DNA of 64,000 nucleotides from Albugo candida (Eukaryota): NCBI GenBank assembly GCA_040437565.1, contig JBDOQK010000012.1, positions 124,001 to 188,000 of the forward strand, read 5' to 3'. Shown piece by piece: positions 12,704 to 26,121 of this stretch (position 1 is its first letter; each line of letters starts with the position of its first letter). The notes under the pieces were generated by a model. It saw only the letters and a program-made list of their open reading frames with translations, ran no database searches and was not told where the DNA came from. The position numbers and the translations under genes were made by a program.

Positions 12704-13060
12704 CGTGGATTGAGTTAGCAACACTTTCTGCTCAGTACCAAATGTACATATTTACGATTACATACTCGCGCAGATGTCAAACATATCAGAAGCGCTAGTG
12801 CTTAACTCGGTATGTGTCACATACATATCCGTATACAGTACAGAAGCTTCCAAGCTGCCCGACTCTGAGGGACAAGTATCCACGTTTATCTCGCGTTCTG
12901 ATCAAAATCTACATCAATTGCACGCGATATTCTAACGATCGCCGCAATGAAGTCCTGCAATCATCTCATTATCAAAAAGACTATGCGAATGGATAAAAGT
13001 TCTGAGTACATTATCGTTGGAATGTTATCGTAAAGTAATCTCTAATTGATGTTATAACCA

Positions 13061-14586
13061 TTACATGATACTACAGCGGTTTTCTCCCACACAATTTGGC
13101 ATTTCAATTTCTCCGAGGCAATTCGCTGTTTCCAGCCCAAATTCGTCTATGTCTTGAAGTGTTGTATGTTGTACATCCACGGTTCCACCATCAGGAAGTG
13201 CAAACGCCGTGACAATGACGGGAAGTGATTCAGATTTTCGGGAACTGATACTTTTTGGCAACTTGAGCTTTGATGCGTCTTCGTCATTTAAGGAAAGAGT
13301 TGACAATGTTGATAGCGAGGGGCTCGGCTCACTTGTCATAGGCTCCAATTTCGGCTCGCAAACACCCGACTCGATTGGTGAATCCTTAGGGGCCATAACG
13401 GCTTGATTTGAAGAAGATTCTTTAGTATCAATGCTTGCGTCCGCTGTCATGACTGCTTCATTGACCGGAGAATTGTGTACTGAGGGAAGCTCGTCGTCGA
13501 CTACAGACATTTTGATCGTTGTGGTGACGTTGGCATTAGTTACCGCTAGGGTCTCTTCATCTGCTTCTTCTTCGTCAACGGGCTCTGCCTTTGTACTCTC
13601 ATGTATCTTCGGGATGGTCATGTCGAACATTTCAGAGACGCTGCGTTGGATTGGATCCTTTACGTATCGACATGTTTCTCGTTTGCCATGAGACTTGACT
13701 ACTTTAAAATTCAAAAGTGTTCCAGGTTTGGAACTTCCACAGCAGACGTGGCCGCCGAGTGCGCTACTCTTTGGTATAGTAAAATGAGCGAGGGGCTTAT
13801 TATATTTTACTCTAATACGATTTGAATCGACAACAGTCAACGTGATATTCAAGTCGCCATGATGAACGCTCTACATGATGAACACATTGGTTTCCAAAAA
13901 ATACAAAATAAAGAGAAAGACATCCATACTGTCTCAGAAGAGTAGCCTTCCTTTTCGATAATAAAATGCATTTCTCCTTTGATATGCATGGGTTGCAAGC
14001 TCAATAGTTGTTCAGAGCCCGGTGTCTTATTGTTCAAAGAATAGCCAGATCCATCGGAAGTTGTGAGCAGAAATGGCTTTTTGTAGAGTAAAGGCGATCC
14101 ATGTCGCGTCGTTTTATCCGATCGTATAGGAGTGCTATCACGCGAATTTGATCAGTAAGCATTCAGACATGCAGATTTGTCTTACATCATAAATTCTGCA
14201 TCAACGAATGCGTCTTGAGCGTTTTCATCCATCGGCGAAACGACTAAAATATGCTGCGGAATGCGTGATCTTGTATTTCTTACGCTTAAGAGTTTATCTT
14301 GCTCGACAAACCCAAGAAAGCCGCCATCACTCTCCACGTATGCTGACCTTGTAAATAATTTGACAACATCGCCGTAATTGATCACATTTGGATTGATGGG
14401 GACACTGCTGATACTAGAAGAACGAGCAGCACGCGAGCCACACGTTGGACTATCAGTGCAAGAAGGCTGGTTCTTGTCGCCATCAATATTTCGCTCAACT
14501 GCATGATCTGGTACATTTGCATGAGATGTCTCGGTGTTGACCATGATGTTTTGTCCAGTATTGTTTACAAGTGACCTCGAATTCAT
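13061..14586 (-). CDS. Hypothetical multi-exon protein
   Basis: ORFs 14182-14586 and 13061-13852 plus an intervening exon with GT-AG borders; globular-looking segments (YGDVVKLFTRSAYVESDGGFLGF; GGHVCCGSSKPG) and an acidic low-complexity region. Start uncertain. Confidence 0.6.
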
Positions 14587-14801
14587 CGATGTCTCATCTG
14601 GAACCGCTAGACTTGGCGTTAAAATTCTATACTTGTACCGGCTAAAAAAAGAAAAAGCCCGACGCTATCATGTCTGTATGAAGTGGAGGATTATCTTCAG
14701 TATAAATAGAGTGCCTGGACTGAAAATCAGAGCTGATATTTTCTACGATTGTTTAATGTTGGAACTTGATGTCTACATCTCGAACATGAATTCGTGCGTT
14801 C

Positions 14802-17672
14802 TCACTTGAGTAACTCTGAGCCTGGCATGTAAGTAAAATCTTCAAAGTGAGCTTGAGCACGGTGTGTCGCTCCTAATTCTTGCGTCACCGGTGAATCGCG
14901 GGCGATTTCCCTAGTGAAAATGTTGGCGACATTGTTCGTATCGACTTCGCTTGTCACAGTTGGTACAAAGGGAGCCTCCATTTCCTTTTTCAAAAGCAAG
15001 TCGAAATCGATGCTTGCAAAAAATGGATGATCCATGATTTCTTGTGCGCCCATGGGACCAGATCCCAACCGCTTTGCTGGGTCGCGTCGCAATAGCTACA
15101 AAATATCATCCGTCAGCAATGAGATCATAAAGCGATATTTTATACAGAAACATTACTCCCGTCAATAGATCCTTTGCGTCATCGGAAAATGCCTGGGTAA
15201 AAATCACGTCGCGATGAAGAATGTTGTGGAACATTCGTTTTCTGTTTCGATCAAAAAATGGAGTCTACAAAGTCGATTTAGAGCTCTTGTACGTCGCAAG
15301 AGACAAGAGGCAATCGTTACCTGTCCTGTCATCATTTCAAACAGCAGTGTCCCGAATCCCCACCAATCGACCGCTTTACCATACGGCATACCTTTCAAAA
15401 GTTCTGGTGCAATGTATTCTGCTGTTCCACAGAATGTTTTGGCTCCATCTGGTACATCCACATTCTCTTTGGATAGTCCAAAATCTGTCAATGCTATAAA
15501 GCCTTTATCGTCCATCAAAATGTTCTCGAGCTTCAAGTCGCGATAAGCAATGTTCAGCTCGTGCAAATGTGCCATAGAAAGCAAAAGCTGAGCCGCATAA
15601 AAGCGTGAACGTTGTTCGGAAAACTTTCGACACTTTCGCAAATGGAAAAAAAGGGACCCACCATTGTAGTAGTCCATTACGAGATACAATTTGTCTTCTG
15701 ACTGGAACGCATAACGCAATCGGACCACGAAAGGATGATCAATGTCCCGAAGAATGCGGCGTTCTGATTTGGTATGCTCAACTTGATTCTTGGCAAAGAC
15801 GGCTGCTTTCTTGAGCACTTTCATCGCATAAATGGCATTAGGACTCCCGATGCCATCAGGTACTTTTTTTCGGACCAACATAACTTTTCCAAAAGCACCT
15901 TTTCCAACTACTTTGAGCAGATCAAAATCTTCCACACTCAGTTTATTGTTTGGCACTTGCAGGTTGTGAGACTGAGAATTTTTTGCAAGATTATCCGAGA
16001 CTTGAGTATCCGAACGTGTACGGGAAGATTCAGACAATAACGTCATATCACTGCGAGTTCGATGAATTCGAGTTGACTCAGAGCTGTGGTTGCTTGGCAC
16101 ATTCCGTGGTCCTTCTGTGGCGCACTCGGCGCAAACGCGTTGTGCTGTGCTTGAGCCTGGTAAAAATAATCGATCACGCGAGCATGCATTGCAAACGGCT
16201 CGATTACACATTCGACAGTGATGGCGCCGGTCAAAGAGAGTAAAATGAAATAAGCATAAATTACAATGCTTTTCACTGGCGGAGATCTGTGATCCACTTC
16301 CATTCAATTTCAGATCTCGACGCGAGTCTTTGCGATCGACATTGCGAATTGCGGTGACGGATGGTGGGGGTTCGATCACAGGTTTCTCTGCTGCAATATA
16401 CGTTTTGACATCCCGAACTTGAAGAAATCGAAATAATGCGTCTTTGATCTTGTTGATACAAAAAGCTGTGACGTAGTAGTGATTCGAGTTCATTCGCGTC
16501 GGGCTACCTGCCGAAAGGCACGAGCACCCAGTTCGATGTGGAGCATCGCCTTCCAATCGGCTTTGGAATGGCAAATCATTACTTTCCCAATACATTGTCC
16601 GATGCGCCAAAATCGATTTGACGGATTGTGTATCGCCATCTTCTATGCGATGACTTGACTCAATCAATGCAACCGCCCCATTTCGTCGCAACAGCTGATC
16701 TCCTCGGGTCTGTAATAAATATTTGATCAGTACACCACCATACGAGTATCCTAGAAAATACACTCGACGAGCTTTACTCGTGTTTATGTATTGATCCCAA
16801 AGACTTCGAACATGCTCTTCCGGGGTAGAAGATCCAGGTATTTGCACTCGTTGCTTCCCGTCTCGCATGAGTACGACATTTTTATTAGGATTGGCGACCA
16901 ATATACCATATCCTTCATCCAAGGCTGTACGAAAGTAATCCAGCATCGATCCAGACTTGATACCAGCATGAAGCACGAGACCACGACTCCATAGACCAGG
17001 TGATAAACCACGACTCACAGCAACAAAGACAAGCAATTTACTACACGTTCTGTAATTATGTGATGCAAAAATGTTGACTCTGGTAGGTGCATCCTGACTC
17101 GGTATATAAAGTTCTTGGAATCCCAGCTCATGCCTCATGGAGTCTTGCACATATTTAACGATAGCATTTGTCATTTCTTCTTGATGAACAGCCATATCGG
17201 ACGTATCCAGTTGTTTACCAGTTGCTTTCAAACTGATTCTTCCTTCTTCGTCCATTTGATAGAGGGGATGTGTGAAAACAAGCGGGGTTCTCCGAACACC
17301 TTGTGCAGGATTTGACTCCCTTCTGCTCGATTTACTTCGTTGTGGTCTACTACTGCTGCTCTCGTGACTTCCGATGCCTGTTGCTGACTGGTTGGCAAAA
17401 ATGCCATCAGAAGACTGAAATCGATTAATTCGTGTAGTTCCAGTCGTAGATTGTGCATTCGGCCCGAGTGATGCATGCATCGCTCGCATACCACTAGTGA
17501 GATATTGCGCTGGCGTAGATGATGGTGTCGTCAGCATGTTGTTCGTGTAATGTTTCTCACTTGTAGTCATTGTGGAAGAAACGAACTGGCCATTTGGGGT
17601 GCTTTGTACGTTTTCATTTTGTGTGAGATTCTTCTTCTTTTTCCTCCCGAAACGAGGAAAACGAAAGGACAT
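14802..17672 (-). CDS. Arb2/FAM172-domain + FYVE + AGC Ser/Thr kinase (S6K/SGK/Akt-like), 3 exons
   Basis: Arb2-like GLWSRGL..GSMLDY..GYGILVANPN, STPEEHV, YSYGG; FYVE RRHHCRMC..RVCAEC; kinase GKGAFGKV, YRDLKLEN, DFG, TFCGTAEYIAPE; AGC tail with hydrophobic motif FEDFTY. Confidence 0.9.
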
Positions 17673-18291
17673 TTTTCACGAACTAGTCCTTGCCTTCTAC
17701 GACACAGAGGAAGAAGGCTGTAGGATTTTGAGAGCTTAAATCGTTCAAACTTCAATCCGATCGGCGGGAAATTGGATCGATCGCTCAAATTAGAGAAATC
17801 AATTTTCTATAGAGATTATAGTACTGACAAAATGGGCGTTCCTCTTCTTGCACCGACTTTTATTTTTTTACCTCTCTACCAAGCTACAACCCCTACCCGC
17901 ATCATCCGTTATCATTAGAAATCATTACTGATTGGTGTTTATTTCTATACTAATGAACCCTATATGTACGATATGACTTAAGCGGATTGTATGCAGCGTG
18001 TACGGGTTCAACATCACAGCAACTTTGTATGTGTTGAATCTGAGTTGTTGAGAGGACATCACGCGCTCATAGATAGCTGGTTTATTGATTAGATGTGAAT
18101 TGCTTGTTTTGAATGTGATTGAGAAATGTATGGCAGATTGCTCATTCGATAGAATGAGAGTAGTATATGTGAACTATTCCATGAAATTGATATGTTGTTT
18201 GGACATAAATGTCCAGGTACAGACGTGACTTGATTGCTTTGTCTGATATTGTTTACTTTATTGAGATAATACATGGCGTTTAATTCAATAC

Positions 18292-19539
18292 ATGCGCTAT
18301 GTCTTGAGAATAGCAAACTTAAACGGTGATATTTCCACGCAAGCAATAGATTATGATGAAAGTGAATTGGATTTTTGTAGTGAAGTGCATGCTTTAGAAC
18401 ACTTGGTAGATCGTTACCAACATGAATTATGTAATACAAATCCAAGACGAAAAAGGAGCGACGTAGACGATCCGATTGAGATGGATGATATTTTGTATGA
18501 AAACCAGATTTTAAATCTAACGAACTGGCTAGACCAACGTATTGCAACCGGTGTTCCACATTACACGAGCAAGACTGGCGAATGTTGCAGCTTTGGAGAG
18601 GTGCGTGTTGTATCAAGTTATACACTTGCGTCTATCGATAAATGTTGACGCTATAAGATTACACTTCCATCATCTTATTGGCAATGGATCAATGACTGGC
18701 GACTCGAAATCGATCAAAATACTGACGAAGAAGGCTGGGTTTATGGTCAATGCTGGAAACACCTCCTTCAGCATGACACCTCTCAGTGGAACAAGTACTT
18801 GCAAGCGCGCTTACAAAGTGAGCTTGACATTATTGTATTTTTTTTGTGATTATAGCAAAAGGAGTGCGCACGACACTGTTAGACGACGGGTGTGGAAGCG
18901 TAAAAGAGTTTACACCGGGAAAAAACGCGTGATCGAGGAACAGAACAAATATCTAATCTACGTGGATAGTAATGTTAAACTGGTAGGTAAGCACGTCAGT
19001 CAATATGATACACATTTTTATGATACGCGACTAGAAACATGTGAATCAGAAGCTGACCGACCAGGTGCTACCATGCTTCTGCAATTATAACCCGACTTAC
19101 TGTGCTCTTACAGCTGCTGATAGCAAATTCTCGCCTCATGGATTATGAAAATCGGATCAAATTCTATGAGTCAAAGCTTGAATATCTATATACGAGCCAT
19201 GGAAACCTCTGTGACGCTCGCACTTGTGACGAGTCTCCTAATGTAGAAATAGAAGACGCCAATAGCCCGAGCGATAACATGCTGCAGCGTTCACGGGAAC
19301 TACAACACGAAAAAACCGCGTTGGAAGATGGTACAGAGGAGCCTCCATCAACCGAAGAATACGAGAGAAAGCATTCAGCAATTGTCGAACAGTGTGAAAC
19401 TGAATTGAACAATGCTTTTCGCGAATTAAGGGCATTGACAAACAGTACACTCAAATCGGAGGATTCAACCGCTTTCCATACCGTTCATTCGGGCGAGCAA
19501 GTTGTCGCAGAAAAACGAAATAGCTCGTGTTCCACTTGA
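18292..19539 (+). CDS. DysF (dysferlin/Pex24p-like) domain protein with coiled-coil tail, multi-exon
   Basis: Spliced LYENQ...W, LPSSYWQWINDWRLEIDQNTDEEGWVYG, DTVRRRVWKRKR match the DysF signature; start uncertain. Confidence 0.72.
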
Positions 19540-19764
19540 TAGCTTGCATACTATAATATAATTTTCACGTATAATTTTGACCAATCTGCGCATCTCGCAT
19601 CATTTTGCCATGGCAACGGATGACGATATTTTAGCATATGAAAATGAGCTGCAAGGNNNNNNNNNNNNNNNNNNNNNNNNNNNNNNNNNNNNNNNNNNNN
19701 NNNNNNNNNNNNNNNNNNNNNNNNNNNNNNNNNNNNNNNNNNNNNNNNNNNNNNNNATTTTGCC

Positions 19765-22700
19765 ATGGCAACGGATGACGATATTTTAGCATATGAAAAT
19801 GAGCTGCAAGGAATTGATGAATGGGAGAGTATGCATGCATATGAGATGGAAATGATTACATCAAATGACGAGATATCTCATACCAATTCAGAGGCACCCG
19901 ATTTATATGAGAAACACTCTACATCAAGAGTATACGATAGCAGCCATTCTCGTAGCAATGTGCAAAATAGACTAGATGATGTGCTTCAGCGATGCGCAAA
20001 ATTACTTGGAGAAGAATCAAGCATGGATCATTCTCCACCAAGACGTGGAGACAGGGAGAAAAACGTAAATCCTCCAAAACGTAGCCTCTTGCTTGGTCAG
20101 CATGTTGCCTCATCTTCAGCTATAGAGGACGAGATTGAGCAATACCTGTTTCGACAACCACCCATTTCGACAGATTCGATATCTATTGTTCTACCAGCAG
20201 GTGAACGGAGGTTCCTAAAAAAGAAATCACTTGCAGAAAGGAGCAGCGCGACCACAAAATTGGATGTCGTTCTCCCCAAATCAGTTTCAGAAATGCTCCA
20301 ATCCATCGAAGAGGTCTGTAAATCGATCTTTCCATATTCTGTCGAATACTGACGAAGTTTGTGTAGCGCCAAGTCCAGGCTCTAATCCTTGATGAGAACG
20401 CATCTAAAGTCAAGATAGCGAATACGGAGCAAAAAAAGACGGATCATCAATTATGGGTCGACAAATATCGACCGAAACGCTTTACAGACCTTCTAAGTGA
20501 TGAGAAAGTCAATCGCGAAGTTCTTTTTTGGATCAAAGAATGGGATAAAATTGTCTTTTTAGATCGAACAGATCATCCTCATAGTCTAAAGAGAAAAGCT
20601 ACCAGTCTAGAGAAACATTCCAGTGTAGACACGAGCAAGACTAATTCCCATCAAGATGCGCGTCCAAAATATAAGGTCCAAGTCGCTTATCACACTACAA
20701 TCGTCTAATTCACAATTGCTCCACCATTAGATTATCCTGTTATGTGGACCTCCTGGCACGGGCAAAACAACATTGGTGCATATAATAGCAAAGCATGCAG
20801 GTTACAACCCGATAGAGATCAATGCTAGTGATGATAGAACAGCTCAAGTCCTACGCAACAAAGTAACTCGGTCAAGTAAGAACGTCATTGAATCTCTCTT
20901 ACATTTTTCATGCTTTTGCAGATTATTAGTGCGATGGAAATGCAATCACTACACAAAGACAAGAGGCCAAACTGTATAATCCTTGATGAAATTGACGGAG
21001 CCATGAATGCTGGAGATAGCAAAAATGCAATATCTGCAATACAAAAAATGGCAACAGCTTCGTATCATCCATTACGTCAACAATCTAACCAGAAGACCGA
21101 AAGCACACACCCGCTATCTCGTCCATTGATATGCATATGTAACGATCAATATGCTCCTGTACTGCGTCCATTGCGAAAAATTGCAAAGATATTCCTTTTG
21201 CATCCACCGAGTCTGCAACGCCTTGTGGCCCGACTGAAATATATATCTCGATTGGAGGGGTTGACAATCACTTCTGGAACTCTGGGTGCATTTTGTCGTC
21301 GCAATCAATGCGATATTCGACATTGTCTCAATGCTCTACAAATCAGACAAAAAACAAAAGGTCATGAATCGAATCCACAGCTATTATCTGACGTGTCTCA
21401 GTCCAAAGAAATCAATCATGACTTGTTTACGACCATGCAGGCAATATTTCATACATCGCATAGCACACACAGCAATCAAAACGGATCCCAGGAAACGTCG
21501 TCATCGAATGGAAAATTAGACTTGTCGAATCGTGTGTACGAAACCGCGTTATCATATGGCAACTGGCCTTTGCTACTAAACTCTTTGGAAGAAAACATTT
21601 CTTGGATGATGTACAACGACCCCACTATGCACAAAACCTACTTTGCTTTCGATTGGATTGGTATGGCAGACATTTGGAATTCGCAAGCCTATAAAGAGCA
21701 ACAATTCCAGCTTATGATGTATATTCCGTTCGCGGCTGTCGCACTGCATCGCGTTNNNNNNNNNNNNNNNNNNNNNNNNNNNNNNNNNNNNNNNNNNNNN
21801 NNNNNNNNNNNNNNNNNNNNNNNNNNNNNNNNNNNNNNNNNNNNNNNNNNNNNNNTGCAACGCCTTGTGGCCCGACTGAAATATATATCTCGATTGGAGG
21901 GGTTGACAATCACTTCTGGAACTCTGGGTGCATTTTGTCGTCGCAATCAATGCGATATTCGACATTGTCTCAATGCTCTACAAATCAGACAAAAAACAAA
22001 AGGTCATGAATCGAATCCACAGCTATTATCTGACGTGTCTCAGTCCAAAGAAATCAATCATGACTTGTTTACGACCATGCAGGCAATATTTCATACATCG
22101 CATAGCACACACAGCAATCAAAACGGATCCCAGGAAACGTCGTCATCGAATGGAAAATTAGACTTGTCGAATCGTGTGTACGAAACCGCGTTATCATATG
22201 GCAACTGGCCTTTGCTACTAAACTCTTTGGAAGAAAACATTTCTTGGATGATGTACAACGACCCCACTATGCACAAAACCTACTTTGCTTTCGATTGGAT
22301 TGGTATGGCAGACATTTGGAATTCGCAAGCCTATAAAGAGCAACAATTCCAGCTTATGATGTATATTCCGTTCGCGGCTGTCGCACTGCATCGCGTTTGC
22401 CCAGCTACCACATCCCCTCGCATTGTATATCCGCGTGCAAGCTTCGAGATGATGAGTCAACGAGAAAAAGTCAAAAACATTACCGGAGCCTTTGTCGAGA
22501 AGATTGGCCATCATCTAGCGTGGCTCCGTGAGAGCACAGGTCGTCTTATGGTTGATGTGATTCCCTGGATACTTTTGGTTCTGTCACCCAACGTAACACT
22601 CAACACTCCATCATATCGAACAAATGAAAAGAATCCAGCTATGGAGAGATTGATCGAAATTATGATTTATTTAGGCCTTTCCTATAGAACTCAGTCTTCC

Positions 22701-23357
22701 CTGCAGGACGAGCAAGAAAACTTCATGCTTGAGCCGTGCGTACAAAGTCCACAGCTCAGGTGCTATTCACACTAACATGTTTTTGATAGGGCGCTTCATG
22801 AGCTCGTACTCTTTGGAAAAGACTCAGATGGAAAACGAACATCTTACCACATCCTTCCTCTCGCTGTGAGGAAGATAATTAGTCGGGAGGTCGAATTGGA
22901 GATGGCTCGCAAGATTAAACGAGTCAAGAGCACTTCCAGCACAATTGACAACACCTCTGAAGATTCAAATGAGACTACAAGTCTTAGTCTCAAGGTATCT
23001 CTTGCAAAGACATCGGGCCGTTTTACAGGTGTGCAACTCTCTCTAACGTTATGGGCAAAGTGTTCGATTTCAAGCGTATGTATAGGCAAACAAATGCACC
23101 TCAAAGAAGCTGCTTCGCGAATTAGCAACCCATTTGCGTACGCACATCGTGAAGCCCAACGGAAACGCAAGCGAGAAAAGCAGGGAATCACATCACCGAG
23201 TGCCCAAATGAAGTATGAAAGAATCGCAAGTTTTCCCATCGAGCCTGTCTGACCTGCTGTTGATACTTATACTAGGCGCTCAAGCATACGATATAAGCAT
23301 TATAGAGGCTATACATCTGGTATCAAGACAACCGTCTATATCCGAGACTTGCTTTGA
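19765..23357 (+). CDS. CTF18: Chromosome transmission fidelity protein 18 (RFC-like AAA+), multi-exon
   Basis: LWVDKYRPKRFTDLLSDEKVNREVLFWIKEWD, Walker A GPPGTGKTT, IEINASDDRT, CIILDEIDG, RPLICICND, C-terminal YIRDLL; internal ~540 bp duplicated across gap 21756-21855. Confidence 0.93.
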
Positions 23358-23407
23358 TTCTCACAAATACAGTAGCGTTGTCCAGTTTTGGTGCACTTTT
23401 GATCTCG

Positions 23408-25985
23408 TCATTTGATCAATTTGTCAATGCTCGTGCGTCGCTGGAAAGTAAATTCGTATCCTAAATCAAGACACGTTTTGAAAGTCAATGCGATCCCTCT
23501 TCTTAATTCTGTCTTCTCATCATCATTCAATTCTGAGAAAGATTTGAGTGAAGGATGTATCTTTGTTTCCAGGTTGAAGACAGCACCAGACTTCCAGCCT
23601 TGTTTTCTCAAATCTTGTGCCCAAATTTCGTAAACATTATGCATGATACGGTCCATGAGCAAGTCAAACTCCCATGGTAGCCGGATTTTGGTTTGGTTTG
23701 GCTGCTTGAGGGTTGATTTGGTACTTTCAAAGACAAGAGACACCGAATGATTTTGACCTTGTTGACACTCAACATCGCGTACTTTTTTACGAGAAATTCG
23801 GCAACCCGCGGCTGTGACGCATAACATCATATGCCTCACGCACAGAAGCTCTCTATTTTCAATAATTTCATGGTCCTGGGTACGCGACTCAGATCCGGAA
23901 CAATCAGCATTTAGGATGACTGGAGCTAATCGAGTCCAATTGAAGGGCGCTTTGGCCGCGATAAGCTCCAAGTTGATCCATTTTGGGAGCACAAAACTAC
24001 NNNNNNNNNNNNNNNNNNNNNNNNNNNNNNNNNNNNNNNNNNNNNNNNNNNNNNNNNNNNNNNNNNNNNNNNNNNNNNNNNNNNNNNNNNNNNNNNNNNN
24101 TCACGCACAGAAGCTCTCTATTTTCAATAATTTCATGGTCCTGGGTACGCGACTCAGATCCGGAACAATCAGCATTTAGGATGACTGGAGCTAATCGAGT
24201 CCAATTGAAGGGCGCTTTGGCCGCGATAAGCTCCAAGTTGATCCATTTTGGGAGCACAAAACTACCAATGTCGATTGTAGGCAAAGGAAATCCATTCGAG
24301 CAGATTGAACGAGACTTGTCGATCGAAGCCGTTTGCTCTGTCTTTTTTTGTGTCTCTGTTGCTTTACTGCATTTTTTTGTACCAAAATGACATTGTAAGG
24401 CTGAGAAAATACCATGCACTTCGTGATCATTGACAGTGATGCTGCTTTGTCGTTCTTCTACATGCTGATGTACACTTTCCAATACGGGCGCCAGCCACTG
24501 ATGATGTAATATTTGATCAATGTCAATGCGCTCATGAGCGTCTTTCTCGAGTAATCTCTGCAACAAATCCTTCAAAAGGGTATCTTCACACCCCTTCGGG
24601 AATTCGAGTATTGAGCTTTGTATCTGCTCGAACAATTCCAACGTGCTAATCGAGAAGAAAGGCAATTTTTCAAAGATGAGAGCATACAGAGTTACCCCAG
24701 CTGCCCATATATCCGCTTTAAAGCCTCCATATCTTGCGTTGCTTAATGCCTCCGGTGGAAGGAAAGGGTACGTTCCTTTTGTATCTGTCAGAAAAACTTC
24801 GTGCTGCTCCAAAACGACAGAAAGCCGGCTATATAGGTCAATGGGTTTCGAAGTCGATATTTTATTCGGAATGGTTTCGCTTTTGCCAGTAGCTCTCGTG
24901 GTGTCTTCATTTGCAAACTCATTTCGTACATCGAAGGCTCCGGTCATTTGCTGGCCATGATCCTCTTTGACAAAGTATTGCGCTACTCCCAAATCCCCAA
25001 CCTTGCAAGTAGTGAGGTCTTGACTGACCATGAGATTTTCCGGTTTGATATCACGATGACACAATCCATTTGAATGCAATGCTCGCAACGCGATGATTAC
25101 TTGCGTAAAATATATTTTGATCATTTTGTCGTCATGTGGTATTGCCATCTTGTATTTCATCTCTTTTGTATCCCACTCCGCAACTGAGCCCCCACCCATA
25201 TACTCCATGACAAGGTAATACTGCTTGTGCTCGACATCCAAAATGATGTCATGCAACTGGATCACATACGGTAACAGAGTAGCTTTCTTCAACACTGCAA
25301 TTTCACGTCTCACCGTTTCTGGGATAATGCTGGCTGTCTCAGAAGCAAGCTTTGCTTCATCAGCGATGAGATCTGTTATTTTTAAAGGCCTTGTGAAACA
25401 TTTTTTTTCCTTCACCGCAAAAAGTTTCTTGATTGCATAAGGTCGTCCTTGACACATGTATAAAGATACAAGGCCGGAAGCTCCTCGTCCTAGCTCACGA
25501 ATATAAGTATACTTTCCATCGAGAAGACCCCGATCGGTGAGCATCTCTGTGATTTCGCGAGTGAATCCATGCGAGTATTGTATCATTATCATCGCCCAAA
25601 TGCATTCCTCTTCGTAAGTCTCTGTGTGAAAAGTAATCCAAGCGTTTTTGCTGGTTAGGATGGAGAAGCCGAATCGCATGATCGCTTCGATGCCACCATC
25701 TTGTACCCTGGATATTGGCGAGATACTTTTTGCTGTCGATTCTCGAATAGCGCTAAGCGGCTGGACACTCTGTATCAAGACATATTGCTGTGATGAGCAT
25801 CCTACTAGCCGATTATGTCCAGATTGTGTTTTTTTGAACAAGCCATACGAGTTGGCTTCGAGCGAAAACCACCTCTTTTTCCAGGTTTGTTTTCGACTCC
25901 AATACTGCAATGCTCCTTCATGCACAATTTGTTGCTTAGCGTCTGTAACGTGACTACCACCGCAAAAGAAGTGACTAAAAACCAT
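23408..25985 (-). CDS. PH domain + CaMKK-like Ser/Thr kinase + C-terminal RyR repeat
   Basis: PH: HEGALQYWSRKQTWKKRWFSL...EECIW; kinase GRGASG, AIKK, HRDIKPEN, DLG, TKGTYPFLPPE; RyR-like HNVYEIWAQDLRKQGW...KIHPSLKSFSELNDDEK...LGYEF. One ORF once the overlap at gap 24001-24100 is collapsed. Confidence 0.85.
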
Positions 25986-26121
25986 TTGATGAATAATTTA
26001 GTTGAGGACCATTTCTGACAGAGTCTTGAAGCTGAGCTTTCATTTAGAATGTGGCCTAATTTTAACTCGTTTGGATTCGAAAACTAACAATATAAAACCC
26101 TCTTCGATCGTCTTAGTAGCG

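Noticed and set aside
21214-22397. Internal domain duplication in CTF18
   Set aside because: Exact repeat either side of an N-gap; same artefact pattern.
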